Shown here: positions 1 through 6,938 of the stretch, piece after piece | Layout of the letters: each line of letters starts with the position of its first letter | How positions within the stretch are numbered: the first letter of the stretch is position 1 | Virus record (IMG/VR): IMGVR_UViG_3300045988_130116 | Strand: one strand, 5' to 3' | Source of the DNA: a virus | DNA length: 64,000 bases | Translations under genes and position numbers: made by a program | The notes under the pieces: generated by a model | Seen by the model: only the letters and a program-made list of their open reading frames with translations | What the model was told of the DNA's origin: nothing | The model's database searches: none

Positions 1-64
1 TATTAAATTCTACTCCGTTAATCATAGCTTCACAATTTTTACAAGTATAATATTTATCGTTCAA
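1..64 (-). CDS. hypothetical protein, N-terminal part only (gene continues past the window start)
   Basis: Reverse strand reads GGAGA, 7 nt, then TTG AAC GAT AAA TAT TAT ACT TGT AAA AAT TGT GAA..., open to position 1. It contains a CxxC pair. It is too short and open-ended to appear on the ORF track. Confidence 0.3.
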   Translation of the reverse strand, partial: MNDKYYTCKNCEAMINGVEFN

Positions 65-79
65 TATATCATCTCCAAT

Positions 80-322
80 CTAATTACCATCTATAAATTC
101 AATTCCATTACCATTTAGAACATGAATATTATCATCAAATTCATCTTCCTCTACATCAATTTCTTCAAGTCTCAATTTTATGTATTTATCTCCGTCATAA
201 AAAGAATACACCGGAGATTTATTATCAATCATTATTTTTATATTTGTCTTTAATTCTTCATTTGTCTGCAATTCTTTGATTAAATTATCATAACCTTGAA
301 CATAAAGCAGCTTATTCTTCAT
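80..322 (-). CDS. hypothetical early protein (acidic)
   Basis: ORF track. Head-to-tail overlap with the next minus-strand ORF, consistent with an operon. Confidence 0.6.
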   Translation of the reverse strand: MKNKLLYVQGYDNLIKELQTNEELKTNIKIMIDNKSPVYSFYDGDKYIKLRLEEIDVEEDEFDDNIHVLNGNGIEFIDGN

Positions 323-599
323 CTTCTATCACCACTTCTGTCTCTTCTTCAAATTGAGGAACTAACATTACTTTATGTTCCTTACCATTCCATTTTACTG
401 TCTCTAATTTTTCATACCAAGCATCTGTTATATTTGCTTTTCTTAGTTCTCCACTGCCGTCATCAAATTTAAGGTTTTCTAAAAGATAATCCATAAATTC
501 ACCTGCTGTTTCATCTGCTTCTGCCTTAAAGAAATCTGCATATTTTGTTTTATCTTGTTCGCTTGTTACTATAACATAATGATATAAATATTTTTCCAT
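312..599 (-). CDS. hypothetical early protein
   Basis: ORF track. Abuts its neighbours with no gap (599/600). Confidence 0.6.
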   Translation of the reverse strand: MEKYLYHYVIVTSEQDKTKYADFFKAEADETAGEFMDYLLENLKFDDGSGELRKANITDAWYEKLETVKWNGKEHKVMLVPQFEEETEVVIEDEE

Positions 600-866
600 T
601 TAATCCTCCCAATTAACTTTTATTTTAAACTCATTTGGTTGCAAATCTTCATCTACTTTTACAGGTATACCTTCAAAAGTCTTTATATAACCGTTTACAA
701 CTTTATTATAATCTTCAATATCATCTAAATTTAAATCGTCTGCAAAGAAGTTTTTATTATCTTCTTTACTTATAAATATTTCTATAGAAGTCCCAAGACC
801 GCTGTGTGTTTTTAAAATATCCTCAGCGTCTACTAAGGCTCTAAAAATATTAACCATTTTATTCAT
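600..866 (-). CDS. hypothetical early protein
   Basis: ORF track. Overlaps the upstream gene by 8 nt. Confidence 0.6.
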   Translation of the reverse strand: MNKMVNIFRALVDAEDILKTHSGLGTSIEIFISKEDNKNFFADDLNLDDIEDYNKVVNGYIKTFEGIPVKVDEDLQPNEFKIKVNWED

Positions 867-1089
867 TCTCTTCTACTCCTTTTGGTATTACATGATATTT
901 ATTAAATAAGAAATCGACTAAACAACCTATATATGTCTCTAAAGGACATATTCTGTCACATTCTTTATTATTCTCACAATAATCATTAAATCTTTTATTA
1001 AATACTTCTTCAGTTGTAAAATTCTTAATCTCTTTAATGTTTATTTTATCGCCATCTTGTTCAAATGTACATAAAACTTTTTCATTCAT
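859..1089 (-). CDS. hypothetical Cys-containing small protein
   Basis: ORF track. Scattered Cys residues (CENNKECDRICP). Operon packing. Confidence 0.55.
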   Translation of the reverse strand: MNEKVLCTFEQDGDKINIKEIKNFTTEEVFNKRFNDYCENNKECDRICPLETYIGCLVDFLFNKYHVIPKGVEENE

Positions 1090-1098
1090 TTACATCAC

Positions 1099-1425
1099 CT
1101 ATCTTAAATAATTATTCATAGATTCGCATGAATCGCAAGTCACTGTAGCCGCATATATCTCTTTATCAAAAAGTCTTTTTAATACACACTCTAAATCGTC
1201 TATAAGTAATTTATCAAAATTACTTAATCCTCTAAGCTTTTCTTTAGAATTAATTGAACTAAATGAAATTGGATCAGGAATATCTAATCCCATTTCATTA
1301 GCCGTATCTTTAATCATTCTTCTTTGTGTTTCACTACAACAAATTATAGGATATTTAAATTCAGCAGATTTTTTAATAAGATATGTTGTTTTTCCTCTAC
1401 CTCTATTCATTTGTATTATTTCCAT
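1099..1425 (-). CDS. small P-loop (Walker A-like) protein
   Basis: N-terminus NRGRGKTTYL resembles a Walker A motif (GxxGKT). A possible hhhhD Walker B is present (LLIDD). Confidence 0.5.
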   Translation of the reverse strand: MEIIQMNRGRGKTTYLIKKSAEFKYPIICCSETQRRMIKDTANEMGLDIPDPISFSSINSKEKLRGLSNFDKLLIDDLECVLKRLFDKEIYAATVTCDSCESMNNYLR

Positions 1426-1654
1426 TGCATCTACCCCTTTTTATAAATTCTACATCATAAACTTCCCAACCCCATAACACATCAAGAAAATACATTAACA
1501 GGGATTGACCTGGCTCTACATAATGATTAAATCTATAAGTAACTTTAGTCTTCTCTAACCATATAAGTTTACCATTTACTACTCTAGGTAAAATATTATT
1601 ACGAGTACGAATTTTCATATCCCCTCTATGAGGGGTGTTCATTTTAAATCTCAT
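1403..1654 (-). CDS. hypothetical protein
   Basis: ORF track. Overlaps both neighbours. Confidence 0.5.
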   Translation of the reverse strand: MRFKMNTPHRGDMKIRTRNNILPRVVNGKLIWLEKTKVTYRFNHYVEPGQSLLMYFLDVLWGWEVYDVEFIKRGRCNGNNTNE

Positions 1655-2330
1655 GTATTAACTCCTTTCTTAAATCTTTCATTATTCTACGTTCTTTCAT
1701 AGCCAATGTGCTTCTCTTTATTCCTAAAGAATCTGCCAACTGTTGTTGTGTACATTTTTCGTATCCATTTAACCCATATCTTCTTTCTATAAGAAGTTTA
1801 TTGTCTTCTGATAGCATATTTAATATTTTATTAACCAATTCTTTAGTTTCGCTTATTCTTATATTTTTATCAAAATCAACTTCTTCTTTAAGAAAACCTT
1901 CAAAAGAATTGTCGTTTTCTTCGTTCTTTGAAATTTCTGCATTAAAAGAAACCGTTTTTATATTTCTTTTTTCTCTATTAAAAGCATTAATTAATTCATT
2001 TTCTATACTTCTGTAGAAATAAGAGATTGGTTTTTTATCTTTAGAAATCGGAATCTTATTTATCCCTTCCATAAGCCCTAACATTCCTGTCGCCATTAAA
2101 TCCTCTTTAGAATAATTGTTTATATAAAAATTACTAGATATACTTGCCACTAGGGGAGTGAAATTGGCAACTATAGTCTCATAATCTTTATTCATTAAAC
2201 AATTATCTATTTCTTTTTTGGATAAATATTTTCTCAACGAACCACCTCTCTTTAAAGTTCTTATACTATAATTATAACCATTTTTAGATTTTTTATTCAT
2301 TTTTTTGTAATATTTGGCTAATAATGTCAA
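1644..2330 (-). CDS. sigma-70 family RNA polymerase sigma factor (phage-encoded)
   Basis: Region 2-like DLMATGMLGLMEGINK...YFYRSIENELINAF. Region 4 HTH: RRYGLNGYEKCTQQQLADSLGIKRSTLAMKERRIMKDLRKEL. The track start is the TTG inside a TTGACA hexamer; the true start may be the ATG at 2300 (MNKKSKNG). No Shine-Dalgarno precedes either start. Confidence 0.75.
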   Translation of the reverse strand: MTLLAKYYKKMNKKSKNGYNYSIRTLKRGGSLRKYLSKKEIDNCLMNKDYETIVANFTPLVASISSNFYINNYSKEDLMATGMLGLMEGINKIPISKDKKPISYFYRSIENELINAFNREKRNIKTVSFNAEISKNEENDNSFEGFLKEEVDFDKNIRISETKELVNKILNMLSEDNKLLIERRYGLNGYEKCTQQQLADSLGIKRSTLAMKERRIMKDLRKELIHEI

Positions 2331-2375
2331 AATTTTTTTAATTCCATTAAACGCTATTTATTCAAGCACAAAGTC

Positions 2376-2483
2376 AAATAAAGACCCTTACTGCCACCAA
2401 ATAAAGACCTCTATTTTTTGGCTTTTCAAAATTCCAAATAAAGACCTCTTACAAGAGAAAATAAAGACCTCTACAAGAGAAAA
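2376..2483. repeat. four direct copies of AAATAAAGACC(TCT), the last two within a 22-23 bp tandem unit that also repeats ACAAGAGAAAA
   Basis: Copies at 2376-2386, 2399-2412, 2436-2449 and 2459-2472. ACAAGAGAAAA occurs at 2451-2461 and 2473-2483. They lie just upstream of the minus-strand sigma gene in the divergent intergenic region. Confidence 0.8.
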
Positions 2484-2523
2484 TACTGGTTCAGTAATGT
2501 ATGTATATTATATATTTAATATT

Positions 2524-2553
2524 AAATAATAATATATAAATATATTATTATTT
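2524..2553. repeat. perfect 14-bp-arm A/T-only palindrome
   Basis: AAATAATAATATAT (2524-2537), then AA, then ATATATTATTATTT (2540-2553). Confidence 0.75.
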
Positions 2554-2699
2554 TTGCGAAGCTATCGCTCCGGTACATCTTTTTCTTGGTATTTTTTTCT
2601 TTTAATTTAATCCTTATAGTTTAAACGAGATTAATTCTTAACTTGTCGCATAGCATACGCAAACACTATTTTTAAAATTTTTATTTTTTTTCTTTTTTT

Positions 2700-2729
2700 T
2701 TGAATAAAGAGTAAAATTCATGGTATATT
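2700..2729 (+). promoter_or_regulatory. candidate sigma-A-type promoter with extended -10
   Basis: TTGAAT (2700-2705), 18-nt spacer ending in TGg, then TATATT (2724-2729). Confidence 0.3.
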
Positions 2730-2933
2730 AAGAGTATAAGAACAACTGAAAGAATCAATTATTTAATATCTTATGGTGTCTTCTTATAGAGCAAACAGTG
2801 TCAATTATTTTTCCGTTATATTTGGTACATAGACGAAAATAAAAAAATATTTTTAAAAAAAATGAATATATTTCTTAAAACTGGATATAATATTATTAGG
2901 GAGTTAAAAAACTTAATATCTGAGTTGACAACA

Positions 2934-2954
2934 TTCTGATAATTACAATCAGAA
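2934..2954 (+). promoter_or_regulatory. 7-bp inverted repeat next to the RBS of the 2968 gene (operator or leader hairpin)
   Basis: TTCTGAT (2934-2940), AATTACA, ATCAGAA (2948-2954). It is preceded by TTGACA at 2924-2929. Confidence 0.3.
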
Positions 2955-2967
2955 AGTAGGAAAGATA

Positions 2968-4170
2968 TTGTTAGCAAATTACACGTTTAAAGGGAAGATA
3001 GATGGCAAGTCTATTAAAGACTATCAAAACAAAATAGATTTAAGTGTTAAAACAAGCCAAGAGATAATCGACCAAGTGAATAAAATTTTAAATATAGAAG
3101 AGATTAATGGGGTTCAGTTTAATGGTGATTTATTTTGGCAAGTTATTTGGGACGAAGGAGTTTGTAAAGCAGATATAAATACAAACGAATTATGTTGGAG
3201 CAATACAGAAGTATGCAAAACACTAGAGATATTAGCATCGTACATACTTATGAAAGACGATAAAGAAAAAAGAAAAGAATGTAAAATGTATGATGATTAC
3301 AAATTAACAAAAAGAGCAGAAAAAGATAGGGAAAAGGTTTGTCAGATTGGAGTTAACGAAGATGATGAGGTTGTAGTTCTTAAAGATGTAAAAAATTATA
3401 AAAAATACAAGAAAACTACTGTTAATAAATCTGACATTAAAGAATATTCCGAACTTAAATGTTATGATGACTACAAGGAATATATGAAAACCTTATTCCA
3501 TGGTGAAAATGCCAAAGAGAATAGACTTGAGCTGATAGAAAGACTAAAGAATAAGGGTTATGACATTTCTAATGGTAAACTTTATAAATTTGTTAAAACC
3601 ACACTTCCAAGTATATCAGAAGATATGTTAAGTGTTAAATTAAGTAAAACACAACCAATTAAATGGAAACAACCACTTAGAGACAGTCATCAATCATTTA
3701 ATTTTGAAATGTTGGATATGTTTGACCCTCAACAAGTTAAATATGCTTTAGTAACTGATAAAAATTTAGAATTTTCTACTAGAAATGAGTTTTGTATAAC
3801 TCTTGACGAAATTATTAAAAAAACACACCTTACTAAAAATCAAAAGATAATATTAAACAAGTGGAGAAAAGATTGGCAAGTAGTTAAAATAGCAGAATAT
3901 ATGCAAGTAGATGTTGCTTATGTATCTAGGGAAATTGACACAATAGCTAAAAAAATAAGTAATGCCTACATAGACGAATATGAAGAACAATATTATTATA
4001 TGAATTTAGTTAAGGGAACTTATAAGAAATGCTCTTGCTGTGGAGAGAATAAGTTGGTAAAGCATTTTAATAAACATTCTGTAAAGAATGGAGAAATAAT
4101 ATATATGAGTATTTGCTCGGATTGTAGAAAAAAACACCGAGAAAAAAAAGAAAGGAAGAGGAAAAGATGA
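2968..4170 (+). CDS. regulatory protein with a sigma region-4-like HTH and a C-terminal zinc ribbon
   Basis: TTG start after an AGTAGGAAAG RBS-like stretch. LTKNQKIILNKWRKDWQVVKIAEYMQVDVAYVSREIDTIAKKI resembles sigma-70 region 4. C-terminus is CSCCGENK...CSDCRKKH followed by a basic tail. Confidence 0.55.
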   Translation: MLANYTFKGKIDGKSIKDYQNKIDLSVKTSQEIIDQVNKILNIEEINGVQFNGDLFWQVIWDEGVCKADINTNELCWSNTEVCKTLEILASYILMKDDKEKRKECKMYDDYKLTKRAEKDREKVCQIGVNEDDEVVVLKDVKNYKKYKKTTVNKSDIKEYSELKCYDDYKEYMKTLFHGENAKENRLELIERLKNKGYDISNGKLYKFVKTTLPSISEDMLSVKLSKTQPIKWKQPLRDSHQSFNFEMLDMFDPQQVKYALVTDKNLEFSTRNEFCITLDEIIKKTHLTKNQKIILNKWRKDWQVVKIAEYMQVDVAYVSREIDTIAKKISNAYIDEYEEQYYYMNLVKGTYKKCSCCGENKLVKHFNKHSVKNGEIIYMSICSDCRKKHREKKERKRKR

Positions 4171-4454
4171 AAAAGAAAGATTTAATAAAAAGAGTAGCAG
4201 ATAAATGTGATTATTCTCAAAGACAAGTAGAAGAAATGTATGACGTTCTTAAAGATGTTGTAGAGGACGCTATAGCAGATGGTGAAGAATTTAAATTATT
4301 AGGCTTTATAAAAATAGGAACTAAAAAATTAAGTCCTAGAAAAGGTAAAATGACTAATAGATTTGGTGAAGTTGTAGAATGGGAAAGAACAGAAGAAATT
4401 ACTGTTCCAACTGTAGGATTAACTAAATATATAACTAAACGTTTTAAAGAGTAA
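4167..4454 (+). CDS. HU/IHF-family histone-like DNA-binding protein
   Basis: MKKKDLIKRVA...QVEEMYDVLKDVVEDAIADGEEFKLLGFIKIGTKK...PRKG aligns by eye with the HU fold (helix-helix, then beta arm with R-K-G). An ATGA overlap couples it to the upstream gene. Confidence 0.85.
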   Translation: MKKKDLIKRVADKCDYSQRQVEEMYDVLKDVVEDAIADGEEFKLLGFIKIGTKKLSPRKGKMTNRFGEVVEWERTEEITVPTVGLTKYITKRFKE

Positions 4455-4591
4455 TATAGAACTTTAAAAAATGGATAATATGAGCTTATAGACACACACA
4501 GCTAATTTTACATATAACAAGCTACTTTTGGTAAGAGTTAAGTTACTTGTGTCTAGTAATTTTTCATATTATCCTCCAATTTTATTATACT

Positions 4592-4664
4592 TAGGCGATT
4601 ACCGCAATTATTTTATAAAGGAAATTAAAAACAAATTTTTATAACTAGATTAATACATCGCCTA
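4592..4664 (+). other. long-range stem TAGGCGAT/ATCGCCTA enclosing a 57-nt A/T-rich loop, 8 nt upstream of tRNA-like element 1
   Basis: 4592-4599 is the reverse complement of 4657-4664. Confidence 0.5.
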
Positions 4665-4672
4665 GCGAATAT

Positions 4673-4740
4673 GGATATATAGTTTAACAGGCAAAATACT
4701 TACCGGAAAAGAGTTATAGGTTCGAGTCCTATTATATCCT
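4673..4740 (+). ncRNA. aberrant tRNA-shaped element 1 (tRNA mimic or degenerate tRNA)
   Basis: 7-bp acceptor GGATATA/TATATCC. T arm ATAGG-TTCGAGT-CCTAT. The D loop contains GG. The anticodon arm has only 3 Watson-Crick pairs (CTT/AAG), the loop is ACCGGAA with C at position 33, and the variable region is only about 2 nt. Total 68 nt, with no encoded CCA. Confidence 0.55.
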
Positions 4741-4905
4741 CATGATATAACCCCCTTTCAATTATATTATTATACTTAAAGACACATACAGCAATTTTTA
4801 AATACTTTATTTTATAAAAAACAATTTATATTAACTTAAATAGAATTTCATAAATACCTCCTTTGATTTAATGATATGTAAGAATGTGTCTTGTAATACC
4901 TCCTA

Positions 4906-4933
4906 TAGGACTACTGAACGGGAAGTAGTCCTA
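4906..4933 (+). other. 10-bp perfect hairpin 4 nt upstream of tRNA-like element 2
   Basis: TAGGACTACT (4906-4915), loop GAACGGGA, AGTAGTCCTA (4924-4933). Confidence 0.7.
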
Positions 4934-4937
4934 ATAT

Positions 4938-5006
4938 GACAAGGTGGAGTAATGGAAACTCGTTAGATTAATTCTAAAGATGTAGGTTCAAATCCTTCCC
5001 TTGTGA
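4938..5006 (+). ncRNA. aberrant tRNA-shaped element 2 (tRNA mimic with a 5-nt anticodon loop)
   Basis: Acceptor GACAAGG/CCTTGTG with G:G at 1:72. U8 is present. D stem GAGT/ACTC with loop AATGGAA. Perfect 5-bp stem TTAGA/TCTAA closed by the 5-nt loop TTAAT. 4-nt variable region. T arm GTAGG-TTCAAAT-CCTTC. No encoded CCA. Confidence 0.55.
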
Positions 5007-5032
5007 ATATTTAACATTTTACCTTCTTTCTA

Positions 5033-5048
5033 CCCCTCTTTTGAGGGG
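5033..5048 (+). other. GC hairpin 6 nt upstream of tRNA-Thr
   Basis: CCCCTC, TTTT, GAGGGG. Confidence 0.6.
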
Positions 5049-5054
5049 GCTTAT

Positions 5055-5129
5055 GCTGGTGTGGCTCAATGGCAGAGCAGCTGACTTGTAATCAGCAGGT
5101 TGTAGGTTCGACTCCTATCGCCAGCTCCA
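5055..5129 (+). tRNA. tRNA-Thr (anticodon UGU) with encoded CCA
   Basis: Canonical cloverleaf. Acceptor GCTGGTG/CGCCAGC. D arm GCTC-AATGGCA-GAGC. Anticodon arm GCTGA-CTTGTAA-TCAGC. Variable AGGTT. T arm GTAGG-TTCGACT-CCTAT. Discriminator T, then CCA. Confidence 0.9.
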
Positions 5130-5187
5130 AACAATTTATAAAAGATATTAACAGCATAATTAAAATAGTATCTTGAGAGGTGATAAT

Positions 5188-6648
5188 ATGAATAAAACGT
5201 TACTTAAAGAATTAAAAAAGGCAACTAATTATACATATACAGAAAATGGTGGCTTAACACATAAAAGTACTTTAAATAAATGTTATGATTTATTTGCTTT
5301 TGGTGGAGCATCAAGAGGGAAAGGCGAAGAAGATATATTAGATATGTTTTATGATACTTTAAGAGAAGACAAACTGTTAGCGATGAAATTATTGTTTTAC
5401 ATTAGAGATGTAAGAGGTGGGTTAGGAGAGAGAAGAACTTTTAGAATTATTCTTAAATCTTTAGCGAATTCTCATCCTTATTTAATTGAAAAAAATATAG
5501 ATTTAATCCCCTTTTATGGTAGATATGATGATTTATTAGTATTATTCGACACTAAATGTGAAGATAAGATGATTAACTTAATAGCTAAAACATTAATAGA
5601 TGATTGCAGAACTAATCAGCCAACATTGTTAGCTAAATGGTTACCTAGTGAAAATGCCAGTTCTAGTGATTCTAGGAGACTTGCTAGAAAGTTAGCTAAA
5701 AAGCTTTCTCTTACTAATAGAGAGTATCGAAAGACATTATCTAGTATAAGAAATAAAATAAAAATTGTTGAAAATTTATTAAGCGAAAAAAAATATAATG
5801 AAATAGAATTTGATAAATTACCTAGTAAAGCAGGATTAAAATATAGAGATGCTTTTTTAAGACATGAGGAATTATGTACTAGATATGTAGAGTTTATTGA
5901 TAATAAAAATAGTAAAATAAATGCTAAAACTTTATATCCATATGACATAATAAGAAATGTTTGGAATTGTGAGACTCATGAAAGAAAGGTGCTTGATAAA
6001 TACTGGAAAAATTTGCCTGATTATTTTGATGGTAAACCTTGTAGTATATTGCCAGTAATAGATAATTCGGGGTCAATGACTTGGAATTTAAATGGTGGCG
6101 TAATTCCAATAGATGTAGCAGTTTCTTTAGGAATATATTGTGCAGAGAGAAATCTTGGAGATTTCCATAATCACTATATTAGCTTTAGTAGAACTCCTAA
6201 ATTAGTGGAAATAAAAGGCAACAATATAGTTGAGAAAACTTTAAGTGCAGTAAAAAATGTTCTTTATGAGAATACTAATATAGAAGCAGTGTTTGATTTA
6301 ATATTAAAAACTTTAAAGAAAAGTGATTTATCAGAAGAATGCTTGCCTAAACACATTGTTATAATTTCTGATATGGAATTTGATGAAGGAACTAGATGTA
6401 ACGATAGTGTAACATTAATGGAACGTATTAGAAAAGAATGGGCAAAAGAAGGATATACAATGCCAAACTTAGTTTATTGGAATGTGTGTTCTAGGAGAAA
6501 CAATATATCAGATTTAGGAGCAGATAATATTACTTATGTAAGTGGTTGTACTCCAATGATATTTAAGAGCATTATGAGTGGTAAAAATGGTATGGATTTA
6601 ATGTTAGATACATTAAATAGTGATAGATATTCAAGTATAAGAGTATAG
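5188..6648 (+). CDS. DUF2828/UCP015417-type protein: helical N-domain plus C-terminal von Willebrand A domain
   Basis: The ATG at 5188 follows a GAGAGGTGA RBS; the track's TTG at 5173 lies inside that RBS. The N-terminal signature YTENGGLTHKST.NKCYDLFAFGG...LLFYIRDVRGGLGERR is recalled from the DUF2828 family. vWA MIDAS motif VIDNSGSMT and later VIISDMEFD. Confidence 0.7.
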   Translation: MNKTLLKELKKATNYTYTENGGLTHKSTLNKCYDLFAFGGASRGKGEEDILDMFYDTLREDKLLAMKLLFYIRDVRGGLGERRTFRIILKSLANSHPYLIEKNIDLIPFYGRYDDLLVLFDTKCEDKMINLIAKTLIDDCRTNQPTLLAKWLPSENASSSDSRRLARKLAKKLSLTNREYRKTLSSIRNKIKIVENLLSEKKYNEIEFDKLPSKAGLKYRDAFLRHEELCTRYVEFIDNKNSKINAKTLYPYDIIRNVWNCETHERKVLDKYWKNLPDYFDGKPCSILPVIDNSGSMTWNLNGGVIPIDVAVSLGIYCAERNLGDFHNHYISFSRTPKLVEIKGNNIVEKTLSAVKNVLYENTNIEAVFDLILKTLKKSDLSEECLPKHIVIISDMEFDEGTRCNDSVTLMERIRKEWAKEGYTMPNLVYWNVCSRRNNISDLGADNITYVSGCTPMIFKSIMSGKNGMDLMLDTLNSDRYSSIRV

Positions 6649-6662
6649 AGAGGAGATATAAT

Positions 6663-6938
6663 ATGAAAAAAGTGTTACAATTAGATTTTAAAAATGCAAG
6701 TATAGAGGAAGGTTCAAATGGAAAACAGGTTGTCGAATACGATAAAGAATTGTTACCTTTGTATACAAGAAGTTTAGATAAAGTGTTGGAAGATATAGAA
6801 GAAGAACAAGAGTTGCAACTTAAATTAAATATAAAACTTCCTCTTTCTCAATTTAGATTGCTCACTGATTTCCTAGTAGATTGTTCAGATTTAAACTTAT
6901 TCGATTTGCAAATAAAATCAGTAGAACAAGATGACTAA
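6663..6938 (+). CDS. hypothetical acidic protein
   Basis: ORF track. GAGGAG RBS upstream. 8-nt overlap with the next gene. Confidence 0.6.
   Translation: MKKVLQLDFKNASIEEGSNGKQVVEYDKELLPLYTRSLDKVLEDIEEEQELQLKLNIKLPLSQFRLLTDFLVDCSDLNLFDLQIKSVEQDD

Noticed and set aside
1708-2016. 102-aa ORF antisense to the sigma factor gene
   Set aside because: It lies entirely within a well-supported gene on the other strand. It has a low-complexity Leu/Ser/Phe composition typical of antisense frames in AT-rich DNA, and no RBS.
2376-2483. Possible CRISPR array
   Set aside because: The repeats are only about 14 bp, the spacing is irregular (23/37/23), there are only four copies and there are no cas genes. 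It fits iterons or operators, not CRISPR.
2314-2529. 71-aa plus-strand ORF across the divergent intergenic region
   Set aside because: It has no RBS. It starts inside the sigma gene's 5' end. Its sequence is dominated by the AAATAAAGACCTCT repeats (repeated IKTS/NKD), so it is most likely a by-product of regulatory repeats.
4217-4495. 92-aa ORF antisense to the HU-like gene
   Set aside because: It overlaps a confidently recognised HU homolog. Its composition is antisense-like.
4938-5006. Reading tRNA-like element 2 as tRNA-Leu(UAA) or as a stop-codon suppressor
   Set aside because: A 7-nt loop (ATTAATT, anticodon UAA) is obtained only by breaking the innermost A:T pair. It would then have a pyrimidine at position 37, a type-I variable loop inappropriate for Leu, and a G:G at 1:72. 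An ochre suppressor would need UUA, not UAA.
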